Shown one piece after another: positions 1 through 9,754 of a stretch of DNA of 64,000 nt. The notes under the pieces are model-generated. The model worked only from the letters and a program-made list of their open reading frames with translations. It was not told the origin of the DNA and ran no database searches. Source of the DNA: an uncultured cyanobacterium (GTDB lineage: Bacteria > Cyanobacteriota > Cyanobacteriia > Phormidesmidales > Phormidesmidaceae); NCBI GenBank assembly GCA_963793265.1, contig CAWBZI010000001.1, positions 928,001 to 992,000 of the forward strand, written 5' to 3'. Position 1 is the stretch's first letter. Every line of letters starts with the position of its first letter. Position numbers and translations under genes: made by a program.

Positions 1-2
1 CC

Positions 3-947
3 ACCAATCAGTTCAGCGTGTGGTCAGCCGTAGACAAATACTTTGTGCCCGTGACCTTAGAAAAGGTCATGAAAGACACCTCTGTTGTGTTGGGCTCGCG
101 CTTTTATATGCGAGACGAGCACGACTCGGGCGTCTTTCAAAAGGCACTGCGAGATAGCGCCATCATCAGCATGTTTGACGGCAGTTCGGTAGTGAACTTA
201 CACGCGCTGATTTTGCAGCGACGACAGCTTGCCAAAGCACGGGTGAAGATTCGCGATAAGCCGAAGAAGCTAGCGGCGATGAAGGCGCGTTTGGCACAAA
301 GCTTTTCACTCGACAAAGACGTACCTACGTTTGAGCCGAACAAGCTGGAGCTAATTAGCCGGGGCGCTGACGATGTGATGCAGGGCTTAGAGTTTGCGCT
401 TGAAAAGCTTGCGGAGCTTGAATCCTCGAACGATTCGACGGTTGATAAAGCCGTGCTTTCCCAAGTGCTGGAACTCGGCCAGGTCATTCTCGAAGAGCTG
501 GATGCTCAGGACGAATTGATTGCGCGATCGGCCTTTGAGCATGGTCACGATCAGTCGTTTGAAAGCTTTGAGCTAGCGAAGCAGTACTGCTATTTGCACG
601 CTGCGATCGCCGCCATCCTCATGTGGGTTCACAACCGGCAACTCCCCGAACTTGGCGACTTTTTCGCCAAAGGCGAGTGGCTTGTTCTTAGCCTACACCG
701 GCTGCTCTCTCACTTCCGCCTGTCGCTAACCCCGCCCCCAGCGGCCTACCACGAAAACGTAGCCCAGCACCTTTTGCAGCTACACCAGACGGATCGCATG
801 TTTTCCATCGTTCCTTTTCAGCTTGCACAGCCAAACCCAGCTCAAGCCGCTGAAAGAACTGCTCCGAATACCGCAACAGCTAACCCCACCCCACAGGAGA
901 CTCCCACCCATGCAGCAACTACAAAGCAAGAACTTCAGCTCCACTAG
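3..947 (+). CDS. Acyl-CoA/acyl-ACP dehydrogenase, C-terminal part (5' end outside window)
   Basis: Frame open from the window edge; ACAD C-terminal motif 'FQKALRDSAIISMFDGSSVVNL'; overlaps an ACP gene. Confidence 0.8.
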   Translation, partial: TNQFSVWSAVDKYFVPVTLEKVMKDTSVVLGSRFYMRDEHDSGVFQKALRDSAIISMFDGSSVVNLHALILQRRQLAKARVKIRDKPKKLAAMKARLAQSFSLDKDVPTFEPNKLELISRGADDVMQGLEFALEKLAELESSNDSTVDKAVLSQVLELGQVILEELDAQDELIARSAFEHGHDQSFESFELAKQYCYLHAAIAAILMWVHNRQLPELGDFFAKGEWLVLSLHRLLSHFRLSLTPPPAAYHENVAQHLLQLHQTDRMFSIVPFQLAQPNPAQAAERTAPNTATANPTPQETPTHAATTKQELQLH

Positions 948-1218
948 CGTCGCAACACCCGTCAAAGCCTCTCCAGTTGAAGCGATTCAAGCTTGGCTAG
1001 TAGAGCAAATTGCTGATGTTTTGTCGATTGACCCTGGCACCATCGAAGTTGCCCAGCCGCTCACTCGCTACGGTTTAGATTCTATTGATGCTGTCACCTT
1101 GGTAGGCGACTTAGAAGACTGGCTTGACCTTGAGCTGCCCTCTACTTTGCTATGGGACTATCCCAGCATTGAAAAGGCATCGGCATTCATGGTGGAAGAG
1201 TACGACGTGAGCCTTTAA
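910..1218 (+). CDS. Acyl carrier protein
   Basis: Phosphopantetheine motif YGLDSI; 'LLWDYPSI' end typical of FAAL/PKS-type ACPs; ATG at 910. Confidence 0.9.
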   Translation: MQQLQSKNFSSTSVATPVKASPVEAIQAWLVEQIADVLSIDPGTIEVAQPLTRYGLDSIDAVTLVGDLEDWLDLELPSTLLWDYPSIEKASAFMVEEYDVSL

Positions 1219-1301
1219 ATAGGTCTGTAAAGACTGTCGTAGGGCTCAGTTAACGCGGGCACTTTGCCCATAGTCGCTAATTTTGATTAGAAGCAAAGAC
1301 A

Positions 1302-2774
1302 TTGAACTTCTCTGAGTTTTCGTTTTGGTGGGTGCTCGCGCTCACCAGCATTCCTTTTTTCACGGTGCGCTACGTCGGCAAGGTTTTTGACCGATGGAGC
1401 GATCGCGCTGACACCATCGGCCTTGCCGCCCTCTCCCTGCTCCTCTTCCTCAACGCGAGCAGCACCAGCTTTGCAGTCTTCTTATTTGAGATTCTGTTTA
1501 ACTACTTCATGGTCAGCCTCATGCTGCGCCGCGAAGGGAAACAGGCAAAGCTCATCGCTGCGGCCATCATCATATTTGATGTCGCCGTCCTCGCCTACTT
1601 CAAATACCTCACCTTCTTCATAGAAGACTTTGTTGGTCTTGCCACCACCGTGCCGAACAATTGGGAATCAACGTTTCCCCTGCCTGTCTTCGGCAACATC
1701 CCCCCCGGCGTTTCGTTCTACACCTTTCAAATGGTAGCTTTTGTCGTCGATTCGTACACGGCCCGCCGTAAAAAGCCAATCAAGCTACTCGACTACATCA
1801 ACTTCGTCTCGTTCTTTCCTCAGATTGTGGCAGGCCCGATTGAGCGTCGCAGCAAGCTACTGCCTCAGATCCAGAACTTCAAGTTCAAGTTCACTGCTGA
1901 CAACTTCGATATCGGAATGCGCTGGCTATCGCTGGGCCTGTTCATGAAGTTTGTACTGGGCGATAACATCGCGCCCTACGTTAGCGCTAATAGCGCAGGC
2001 ATGGCGGAAGCTGCAAATCCCTGGCTAGTCTGGTTTTACGCCTTTTTATTCACGCTGCGGATCTACTTCGACTTTGGTGGTTATAGCTTCATGGCCGTTG
2101 GCATTGCCCGCATCCTCGGCGTCAAGCTCACGCTTAACTTTCTCTCGCCCTACACCTCTCAAAGCATTAATGAATTTTGGCGACGGTGGCACGTTTCGCT
2201 CAGCACATGGTTTCGTGACTATGTATTTTTGCCGCTGATGGGCAAGCGTAAAAAATGGGCGGCGTTTTTCCTATTCATTACCTTTGTGCTGTCGGGCTTT
2301 TGGCACGGTGCCGCCTGGAACTTTATGATTTGGGGCGCTTATCACGGCGGGTTGCTGCTGCTGCTGCGCTATGCCGGGCGACCGTTTTCTAAGGTGACGA
2401 GCAAGTTCATCAAGAAACCGCAGATCGTCTCTTGGGCGCTGACGTTCGGAGCGGTAATTTTAGGCTGCTTGTTCTTTATGGACACGAACATCACGCGGCT
2501 GATAGCTAAGCTACAAACGCTAGTCACGCCCTGGGCCTATTCGCCCGCTAATTTCATAGAGGCGATTAGTACGTTTAATACCCCTGAAGGTTTGGTGCTG
2601 AAGATGGCGCTGGTGTTAGCGATCGCATTCCTCGCCATAGAGCACATCGAAGTGTGGCAAAAGCGCACCGAATACGAAATTCTCACCTCTCCCTGGCTCT
2701 CACGCATTCTGCTAGGCATGACCATTGTGTTGGCTGCCCAAGCCCAGTCCGAATTTATCTACTTCGAGTTCTAG
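1302..2774 (+). CDS. MBOAT family O-acyltransferase (AlgI/DltB-like)
   Basis: P-G-SFYTFQ, FFPQIVAGPI, FWRRWH-SLS, GFWHGA motifs; C-terminal FIYFEF; TTG start. Confidence 0.93.
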   Translation: MNFSEFSFWWVLALTSIPFFTVRYVGKVFDRWSDRADTIGLAALSLLLFLNASSTSFAVFLFEILFNYFMVSLMLRREGKQAKLIAAAIIIFDVAVLAYFKYLTFFIEDFVGLATTVPNNWESTFPLPVFGNIPPGVSFYTFQMVAFVVDSYTARRKKPIKLLDYINFVSFFPQIVAGPIERRSKLLPQIQNFKFKFTADNFDIGMRWLSLGLFMKFVLGDNIAPYVSANSAGMAEAANPWLVWFYAFLFTLRIYFDFGGYSFMAVGIARILGVKLTLNFLSPYTSQSINEFWRRWHVSLSTWFRDYVFLPLMGKRKKWAAFFLFITFVLSGFWHGAAWNFMIWGAYHGGLLLLLRYAGRPFSKVTSKFIKKPQIVSWALTFGAVILGCLFFMDTNITRLIAKLQTLVTPWAYSPANFIEAISTFNTPEGLVLKMALVLAIAFLAIEHIEVWQKRTEYEILTSPWLSRILLGMTIVLAAQAQSEFIYFEF

Positions 2775-2787
2775 GAAAATCACTGCC

Positions 2788-3726
2788 ATGAAACTACCAA
2801 AACTCGCAAGCTGGATTGCGATCGCTGGACTCACCTGGAGCGCAGGATTTATCTACAACACGCGCTTAGGCGGCGATCCGCACTGGCTCGGTCAGCTCTA
2901 TAAAAACAAAATGGCGATCGCTGCCGACATCCCGGAACCCAAACTCATCATCACAGGCGGCTCCGGCGCTCACTACACCGTCAATTCCGATCTGCTAGCT
3001 GGCGAACTCGATATGCCTGTCGTCAACTTAGGGCTAGATGGGCCAATCGGGCTAGACGTGATTTTGCCGAGCGTTTTAGATGCCGTAGAACCGGGTGACA
3101 CTGTGCTACTGGTACCTGAATACCTAATTTTGTCTCCAATTAAGGATCTTAGAGATGGCTTAGGCGAAAAGTCAGCCTGGTTTGGCTTTGTTACTGACCA
3201 GGCAGGCGCTGGCGATCTTTCAGCTAAGCAGGTGGCCCTGGGCGTTTTTCAGCTAGGCATTCCCTCATTAAAAATAACCATAAAAGCCGCCGCCGACCTG
3301 CTCGAAGAAGGCCGCTTTGCAGGCTACTACGATGGCCCACTTACCGAACGCGGCGATCCTATCGAAACGAAGCTACGCACCGGGGAATGGTGGCCGTTAA
3401 AGATCGAAGCGCCTATCTCGGCTCATGCTGCCGAACGTATCGATCAGTTCAAATCAGAAGTCGAAGCCAGAGGCGGCGAACTTATTTTGTCGGTACCTTG
3501 GATATATGGCGATACTACCGACCCAGAAACCATAGAAAATATCCAAAAAACGGCGGATGCCCTCAGCGAGATTGCGCCTGTGCTGGTCGATAGCGAAACG
3601 CTAAATGTTCAGGCTGAGCCAACATTGTTTGCCGATACTCACTACCATTTAATTCCTGAAGGGAGAGAAGCGCGATCGCAACAGCTCGCCCTTCAGCTAA
3701 AACCGCTTCTATCCAATCCAAAATGA
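2788..3726 (+). CDS. Membrane-anchored SGNH/DltD-like protein, MBOAT partner
   Basis: N-terminal hydrophobic anchor, 'IITGGSG' block I-like motif, 'VVNLGL', C-terminal 'DTHYHL' (D-x-x-x-H); directly after MBOAT. Confidence 0.65.
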   Translation: MKLPKLASWIAIAGLTWSAGFIYNTRLGGDPHWLGQLYKNKMAIAADIPEPKLIITGGSGAHYTVNSDLLAGELDMPVVNLGLDGPIGLDVILPSVLDAVEPGDTVLLVPEYLILSPIKDLRDGLGEKSAWFGFVTDQAGAGDLSAKQVALGVFQLGIPSLKITIKAAADLLEEGRFAGYYDGPLTERGDPIETKLRTGEWWPLKIEAPISAHAAERIDQFKSEVEARGGELILSVPWIYGDTTDPETIENIQKTADALSEIAPVLVDSETLNVQAEPTLFADTHYHLIPEGREARSQQLALQLKPLLSNPK

Positions 3727-4970
3727 CCCCCTCAGCGCCCGCTACCAATCCCCATATCTGCATCGTAGGCGGCGGCTTCGGCGGTCTATACACCGCGCTA
3801 TATCTACAAAAATATCGTCACCTTAAAAGCAGCCGCATTACGCTGATCGAGCCAAAAGAACGATTTTTATTTACGCCGATGATGTACGAACTCATCACCG
3901 ACGAGCTTAAAGAGTGGGAAATTGCACCGACCTACAGCAGCTTAGTAGCAGGCACGAATATCATCTGGAAGCAGACTCGCGCAGAGGCCGTAGATTTGCA
4001 GCAGCATACTGTTACTGTCGCTGGCGGCGATCACATTCAATATGACTACCTGGTCGTCGCTCGCGGGGCTGATAGTCGCCCGGTCAATATCCCCGGCGTC
4101 AATGATCACACGCTAACGTTTCGGTCGCTACAAGATGCGCTCAATCTGAAGGCTAGACTCGCCCAGCTTGTTCAAATCCAGGCGCTTCAAACCAACATTC
4201 AACCGATCAATATCAACATTATCGGCGGTGGGCCTAGCGGTGTGGAGCTAGCCGGTAAAGTCTCCGACTACTTAGGCGACCGCCCTCACCAAACCACGCT
4301 TATAGAAAGGGGCGATAAAATTCTGGCACCTTTTGAATCCAGGCTGAGGCGGATTGGCGAAAAAGCGCTGAAACGTCGGCGCGTTAATGTTCTCACTGAA
4401 GCGTCGGTGTCGGAAGTGCGATCAGATTCAGTCACCGTGGAAAAGGATGGCGTTAGCGTATTGCCTAGCCACCTGACGCTGTGGGCTGTGGGCACTCAGC
4501 CTAAGCCCTGGCTGGGCGATCGCCTCCTCGAAGAGAATAAAAAAGGGCAAAGGCTCACGAGGCGATCGCTCCAACTCCCCAACCACGACAACGTATTTGT
4601 TCTGGGTGATAGTGCAGACGTGCGCGATCGCAAAAACAAGCCCGCCCCCGACACCGCCCAAGCCGCCTTCCAAGCCGCCAGCAAAGTTGCCGCCAACATC
4701 GCTGCTCTTACCAAAGGCAAACAAACCAAACCCTTCAACTACCTGCATCTAGGCGACATGCTCACCCTCGGCATCAACGACGCGGGCCTGTGGAGTTTTG
4801 GCATCGCCCTCAGCGGCCCTATCGCTGCCCTCTCTCGTCGGGGCGTCTACATTTTCCGAATGCCCACTCGCCGCCACCAAGTTAAAGTTGCGCGACGCGC
4901 GTTGGGCGAACTATGCAGAGCTATTTTCTTACCCTGGAAAAGGCGGCGCGAGCCTAGCTATGAAAGCTAA
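3723..4970 (+). CDS. Type-2 NAD(P)H:quinone oxidoreductase family, NdbB/NDC1-like
   Basis: 'ICIVGGGFGGLYTAL', 'RFLFTPMMYELITDELKEWEIAP', second GGGPSGVELA motif, 'VFVLGD', 'TAQAAFQ'. Confidence 0.85.
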   Translation: MTPSAPATNPHICIVGGGFGGLYTALYLQKYRHLKSSRITLIEPKERFLFTPMMYELITDELKEWEIAPTYSSLVAGTNIIWKQTRAEAVDLQQHTVTVAGGDHIQYDYLVVARGADSRPVNIPGVNDHTLTFRSLQDALNLKARLAQLVQIQALQTNIQPININIIGGGPSGVELAGKVSDYLGDRPHQTTLIERGDKILAPFESRLRRIGEKALKRRRVNVLTEASVSEVRSDSVTVEKDGVSVLPSHLTLWAVGTQPKPWLGDRLLEENKKGQRLTRRSLQLPNHDNVFVLGDSADVRDRKNKPAPDTAQAAFQAASKVAANIAALTKGKQTKPFNYLHLGDMLTLGINDAGLWSFGIALSGPIAALSRRGVYIFRMPTRRHQVKVARRALGELCRAIFLPWKRRREPSYES

Positions 4971-5007
4971 TCGCCTCATATATTTCTAAATTCTTAAATC
5001 AGCAGCT

Positions 5008-6927
5008 ATGACTTCTCTTCAGTCAAAAAAACAGAGCAAATGGAGCGCCTTTCATCGGTATCTAGAGCACTATAGCTTGGATGTGCGATCGCTAGCCCTC
5101 CTCAGAATTGGCCTGGCCCTCACTATCCTTGCCGACCTCTTCACCCGCGCAGGCGATCTCGTCGCCCACTACACAGACGCAGGCGTCCTACCCACAGCCG
5201 TACTCAATGACGGCATTTTACAGCCCGGCTACTGGTCAATCCATGCGCTCAGCGGTCAGCCGGTGGTGCAAGGCATTCTTTTTTTCGTGGCAGCGATTAG
5301 TGCGATCGCCATGCTATTTGGCTACCACAGCCGCATCGCCACCATCGCCTCCTGGGTTTTGCTGATCTCAATGCAAAACCGCAATCCGCTGCTACTATTT
5401 GCAGCCGATGACGTACTGCGAGCGGTCATGTTCTGGGCCATGTTTTTGCCCTTAGGCGCAGCCTACTCGGTTGATCGCGCCATGAACACCGCCATCCGCC
5501 CCGTCCCGCTGCGAATTCTATCAGGTGCCACGCTCGCCCTCATGGCTCAGCAGTGCTTCATCTACATTTTCTCCGCCATTTTCAAAACCACCAACGCCGC
5601 CTGGTGGCCCAATGGCACTGCCGTCTACTTTTCGCTCAGCTACGATCAGTACGTCACGCCGCTAGGCCACTTCCTTCTAAATCTAGGGCCGCTGCTCACG
5701 ATATTTACCTTCGTTACGCTAGTGCTCGAATGGATCGGGCCGCTGTTGATTTGGTCGCCCGTTCGCAACGATCTGTGCCGGATGATCGCAGTTGTCCTAT
5801 TCATTAGTCTTCACGCAGGCTTTGGCCTCACGCTGAACTTAGGCATCTTTCCGTTTCTGAGCATCATTACCTGGCTGGCGTTTATTCCCACCTCTACATG
5901 GGAGGCTTTGAGCAAGCGCGTTTATGGGCCTAACAAAGAAGGAAAAGGACGCGGCCCACAGCGCACGGGATTAAGAATCTTCTACGATGCCGACTGCGGA
6001 TTTTGCAAAAAGGTTGTGCATCTCATTCGGATGCTGTTAGTGCTGCCACATACGCCTTTAGCCACTGCGCAAAGCATTCCAGAAATCAACGAGGCTATGG
6101 AGAAGCAAAACTCTTGGGTGATTGTCGATTGGCAAGGGCGGCATCATTACAAGTTTGAGGGTATTGCCTATGTGGTTAGCCTGTCGCCAGTTTTTTGGTT
6201 TCTTGCACCTGTGCTGCGATCGCCCCCACTCATGGCCATCGGCACCCCTTTCTACGAATGGATCGCCACCCATCGCAAAATCGCAGGCCGCTTCACCCGC
6301 CCCTTCAAATTCAAGCCACTCACCGTCAAAAATCCTGGTTGGTTAAGCGCTATTGCCCTACTCCTCCTCGCGCTCACCTTTTCCTGGAACCTACGCAGCG
6401 TCGTCATGCACCGAGCCTTCGTCGAAAGCTCTCAGCCAACAGCAGCGCTAGTGCGCAGGGTCGTTAATAGCCGCACAGCTCAGCGGTTCGACTGGATCGG
6501 CAACGCTACCAGACTAGATCAATCCTGGAGCATCTTTGCACCAGGGCCACCGACTGATGATGGTTGGCACGTGGTTACCGGAGAGCCGCTGACGGCTTTG
6601 GCGACGGCTTCAGCGACTGAAGAAGCCACCGAAATTGATGTGCTTAGGCCGCAAGAGAGCATTAGTTTTGAGAAGCCGACTTTAGGCGATCGCGCCAAAT
6701 TCTACAAAAACATGCAGTGGCGCACCTTCTACATCAACCTCAACCGTAATATCGGCAAAAAGGTCTTCCCCAACTACGGCGAGTATCTATGCCAGCAAAG
6801 CGCCAGCAAAGGACATCCTTTAGAAAATCTGCGCGTCTACTTCATGGACGAAAGAACTGTAGATCCTGGCCTTACTCAGCCTGTAGAACAAACCTTAATC
6901 TGGGAGCAATCTTGCCAAAACCTTTAG
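5008..6927 (+). CDS. HTTM-domain membrane protein with inserted DCC1-like thiol-disulfide oxidoreductase domain
   Basis: 'DVRSLALLRIGL...HYTDAGVLP' HTTM start; 'IFYDADCGFC' DxxCxxC; 'LDQSWSIFAP'. Confidence 0.85.
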   Translation: MTSLQSKKQSKWSAFHRYLEHYSLDVRSLALLRIGLALTILADLFTRAGDLVAHYTDAGVLPTAVLNDGILQPGYWSIHALSGQPVVQGILFFVAAISAIAMLFGYHSRIATIASWVLLISMQNRNPLLLFAADDVLRAVMFWAMFLPLGAAYSVDRAMNTAIRPVPLRILSGATLALMAQQCFIYIFSAIFKTTNAAWWPNGTAVYFSLSYDQYVTPLGHFLLNLGPLLTIFTFVTLVLEWIGPLLIWSPVRNDLCRMIAVVLFISLHAGFGLTLNLGIFPFLSIITWLAFIPTSTWEALSKRVYGPNKEGKGRGPQRTGLRIFYDADCGFCKKVVHLIRMLLVLPHTPLATAQSIPEINEAMEKQNSWVIVDWQGRHHYKFEGIAYVVSLSPVFWFLAPVLRSPPLMAIGTPFYEWIATHRKIAGRFTRPFKFKPLTVKNPGWLSAIALLLLALTFSWNLRSVVMHRAFVESSQPTAALVRRVVNSRTAQRFDWIGNATRLDQSWSIFAPGPPTDDGWHVVTGEPLTALATASATEEATEIDVLRPQESISFEKPTLGDRAKFYKNMQWRTFYINLNRNIGKKVFPNYGEYLCQQSASKGHPLENLRVYFMDERTVDPGLTQPVEQTLIWEQSCQNL

Positions 6928-7044
6928 CAAAAACTTAACGATAAACCGCCGCCAAACATCAGCATATTTTGCAAGCCCCGCGTAAGATAGAGTACTTATC
7001 CAACTGTTTTGGTCTGACCTTTAGTTGGCAGCTTACGTCAAGCA

Positions 7045-8424
7045 ATGACAAACTTCTCGCAGCGCTTTGTGCTGTTCAACAAACTTCGGCAGTGGTTCAC
7101 CAAAACGCCCGAACGAGCACTCGATCAAGCCTACGAAGCAGCCCTTAAAATTCGCCAGCTCGAAGACAGGCACTTTAACGGCAATCCCGTCTCCGAAAGC
7201 GCGAGCGGCTATAGTCGCAGCTCTTATCAACTGCTGCAAAAAGACCTTAAAAAATATCTCAGCATTATCAAAAGACGGATGGCCGAGTTTAGAGCCAGCA
7301 GCTCCGTCTATTCGGTTTCTAGCGTTAGTGTTAGCGATGGGCTTAGTAGCGATCGCCTCTCCCCCACCGCAGGCTCTATCAACGCCCCGCTTCCCGAAGA
7401 TGTCCCACTCAACGAAATCAACGGCCCGGCCATATTCTTTACTAAGCTCCAACTTATTGATGCCGTTTTAGAGCGCTACCAAAAGCCCTCCGTCTATGCC
7501 CTTAGTGAAATCCAACCGCCGCTCCCACCTGCTGGTTTAACTAACCCTTCCAACGGTAAGGCGAATGGCAAGACGAACAAAGTTGCCACTAACGACTTTT
7601 CTCAAGACAACGCCAACGAAGCACTCTCTAGCAAAAGCAATGTCCTCCCGCGTTCAATCCTGCGCACCGTAGATCGCATTAAGCAAGACCTTGATCCTGA
7701 AGCAGAAGTCGATGTCGTCCGTAGCTTTCGCAACTCCAAAACACAGACGACCGTTGCAATCACCTTCGTTTTGCAGCTCATCATCATTCCTTTGCTCGCC
7801 CAATATCTCAGCAAAAACTTCATCGTCGGCCCCATCGTAGAGCAGGGCCGCGACCTCACCCAGGCCGAGGTTTTCCTCAACGAGGAGATGGAAGAAGACG
7901 CGCTCCACGAATTGCAACGCTATGAAGAGCGCATTCGATTTGAAGTGCTTATCGGCCAGGCACCAGAGATCAATGAGGTCGAAATTGAAGACCGGGTACG
8001 AAGGAAAGCTTTTGACATAGAAGAAGAGTACCGGCAGCGCAGCGCCGATGCGATTGAAAACGTGTTTGCCGATGTGATCGCGGTTCTCACTTTCTCGCTG
8101 ATCCTCACCAACTACAAAGATAAAGTTGCCACTCTCAAATCCTTTATCGACGAGATCGTCTACGGCCTCAGTGACAGCGCCAAAGCCTTCATCATCATCT
8201 TATTCACCGACATATTCGTTGGCTTTCACTCTCCCCACGGCTGGGAAGTTTTGCTAGAGGGCATGGCTAACCACCTCGGACTCCCAGCTAGTCACGACTT
8301 CATTTTTCTCTTCATCGCCACCTTTCCAGTCATCCTAGATACGGTCTTCAAATACTGGATCTTCCGCTATCTCAACCGCATTTCCCCTTCAGCGGTCGCC
8401 ACCTACAAAAACATGAACGAATAG
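7045..8424 (+). CDS. pxcA: Proton extrusion protein PxcA (CemA family)
   Basis: 'TPERALDQAYEAAL' N-terminus; 'DIFVGFHSPHGWE'; 'YWIFRYLNRISPSAVATYKNMNE'. Confidence 0.95.
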   Translation: MTNFSQRFVLFNKLRQWFTKTPERALDQAYEAALKIRQLEDRHFNGNPVSESASGYSRSSYQLLQKDLKKYLSIIKRRMAEFRASSSVYSVSSVSVSDGLSSDRLSPTAGSINAPLPEDVPLNEINGPAIFFTKLQLIDAVLERYQKPSVYALSEIQPPLPPAGLTNPSNGKANGKTNKVATNDFSQDNANEALSSKSNVLPRSILRTVDRIKQDLDPEAEVDVVRSFRNSKTQTTVAITFVLQLIIIPLLAQYLSKNFIVGPIVEQGRDLTQAEVFLNEEMEEDALHELQRYEERIRFEVLIGQAPEINEVEIEDRVRRKAFDIEEEYRQRSADAIENVFADVIAVLTFSLILTNYKDKVATLKSFIDEIVYGLSDSAKAFIIILFTDIFVGFHSPHGWEVLLEGMANHLGLPASHDFIFLFIATFPVILDTVFKYWIFRYLNRISPSAVATYKNMNE

Positions 8425-8530
8425 CGTTTACGGAACTCTCATCGCGAAGAATATGTCTGGTTTTAGCAGGTCTACCCGGCTAAAACCGCTCGGCCTTTTG
8501 CAGATCCATTCGTTCGCCCGCTAAGTGAGT

Positions 8531-9751
8531 ATGGTGCATCCTCCTGTTTCTAATTCGCCCGTAAGATCTAAAAAATATGAGGTAGCCGCTGCTACAGGTC
8601 GCTTCAACGGCATCAAATTAATAGCAACAGGTGTACTCGGGCTCACAGCAGCGATCGCCCTTTGGGAAGGCATTTTACGGCTCACCGTAGAGTCAAGCCA
8701 GGGCATTCACAACCACCCAGTCCTCGGCATTATCGACAGCCCAGGGCCGATGCTCCAAACCAAAGAGGGGTTCAATCGAGTCAGTCTCAACAGCCTCGGC
8801 ATGAGGGCATCTGAGCCCACACCAAAGCCCGTGGGTGAGTACAGAATTTTGATGCTGGGTGATTCTTTTATGCGCGCTGATGAGGTGAGCGATGGGCTGA
8901 ACTTTAGCGATCGCCTCCAAACCGCCCTCGATCCAACCGCCGACGCCGCTGATTCAGACCAAGCGCAGACCTTCACCAGCACCAGCAACCGCCAAACCGT
9001 AGAAACAATTCAGGTCATCAATGCAGGCAAACCCAGCGCCTCACCCGCTGGCTATCTATACGCCGCAGACTTTCACCAGCAAACCTTCGCGCCTGATAGC
9101 ACCGTTATTCAGCTAACAGAGCACGATTTCATCATGGACATGAGCAACGAATATTCGGAGTTCTATCTAGAGAAGACAGGCGAAGATACCTACAAGGTTA
9201 AACGAAATGAGGCGTTTGGTAGTGCCGATCCACTCGCTCAAAAAGTGATAGACGCTGTGCCCCAGGCGCGATCGCTCCTACAAATGTCTACCCTCCGCAT
9301 CGGCGGACGCAACCTAAACGCCGCCCTTTCTCCTACCGACTCTCACGCCGAAGCAGAAACAACCCTCTCCGCAGAAGACGAAACCGCCACCCAAGCCAAA
9401 GACGCCGCCATGGTGCGCTGGACAGTTCAGCAGCTCAACCAGCAATTCCCCAACCTGGTCATCCTTTTCATCCCCGCCATGAACTATCAAGACGCCGCCG
9501 AAGTCAGCAGCGAACCACGCAACGCCGCTATCGAAAATGCGCTCACAGCCGCCACTGCTGACCAGGACGTTCCTTTTGTTAATATGCGCGCCGACTTTCT
9601 AGCCCACTACCGCAGCGATCGCACCCACCTCAAAGGCTTCAACAACACGATTCCTGGCGAAGGCCACCTCAACGCAACAGGCCACACCCTTGTCGCGCAA
9701 AGACTCGCCCGCTTCTACCAGCAGCCCAACAGCCCACTACGGAGAAACTAA
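8531..9751 (+). CDS. SGNH/GDSL (AlgJ/AlgX-like) acyltransferase/hydrolase with N-terminal anchor
   Basis: 'RILMLGDSF', 'VINAG', 'GHLNATGH'; 3 bp upstream of the second MBOAT. Confidence 0.85.
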   Translation: MVHPPVSNSPVRSKKYEVAAATGRFNGIKLIATGVLGLTAAIALWEGILRLTVESSQGIHNHPVLGIIDSPGPMLQTKEGFNRVSLNSLGMRASEPTPKPVGEYRILMLGDSFMRADEVSDGLNFSDRLQTALDPTADAADSDQAQTFTSTSNRQTVETIQVINAGKPSASPAGYLYAADFHQQTFAPDSTVIQLTEHDFIMDMSNEYSEFYLEKTGEDTYKVKRNEAFGSADPLAQKVIDAVPQARSLLQMSTLRIGGRNLNAALSPTDSHAEAETTLSAEDETATQAKDAAMVRWTVQQLNQQFPNLVILFIPAMNYQDAAEVSSEPRNAAIENALTAATADQDVPFVNMRADFLAHYRSDRTHLKGFNNTIPGEGHLNATGHTLVAQRLARFYQQPNSPLRRN

Positions 9752-9754
9752 GCC

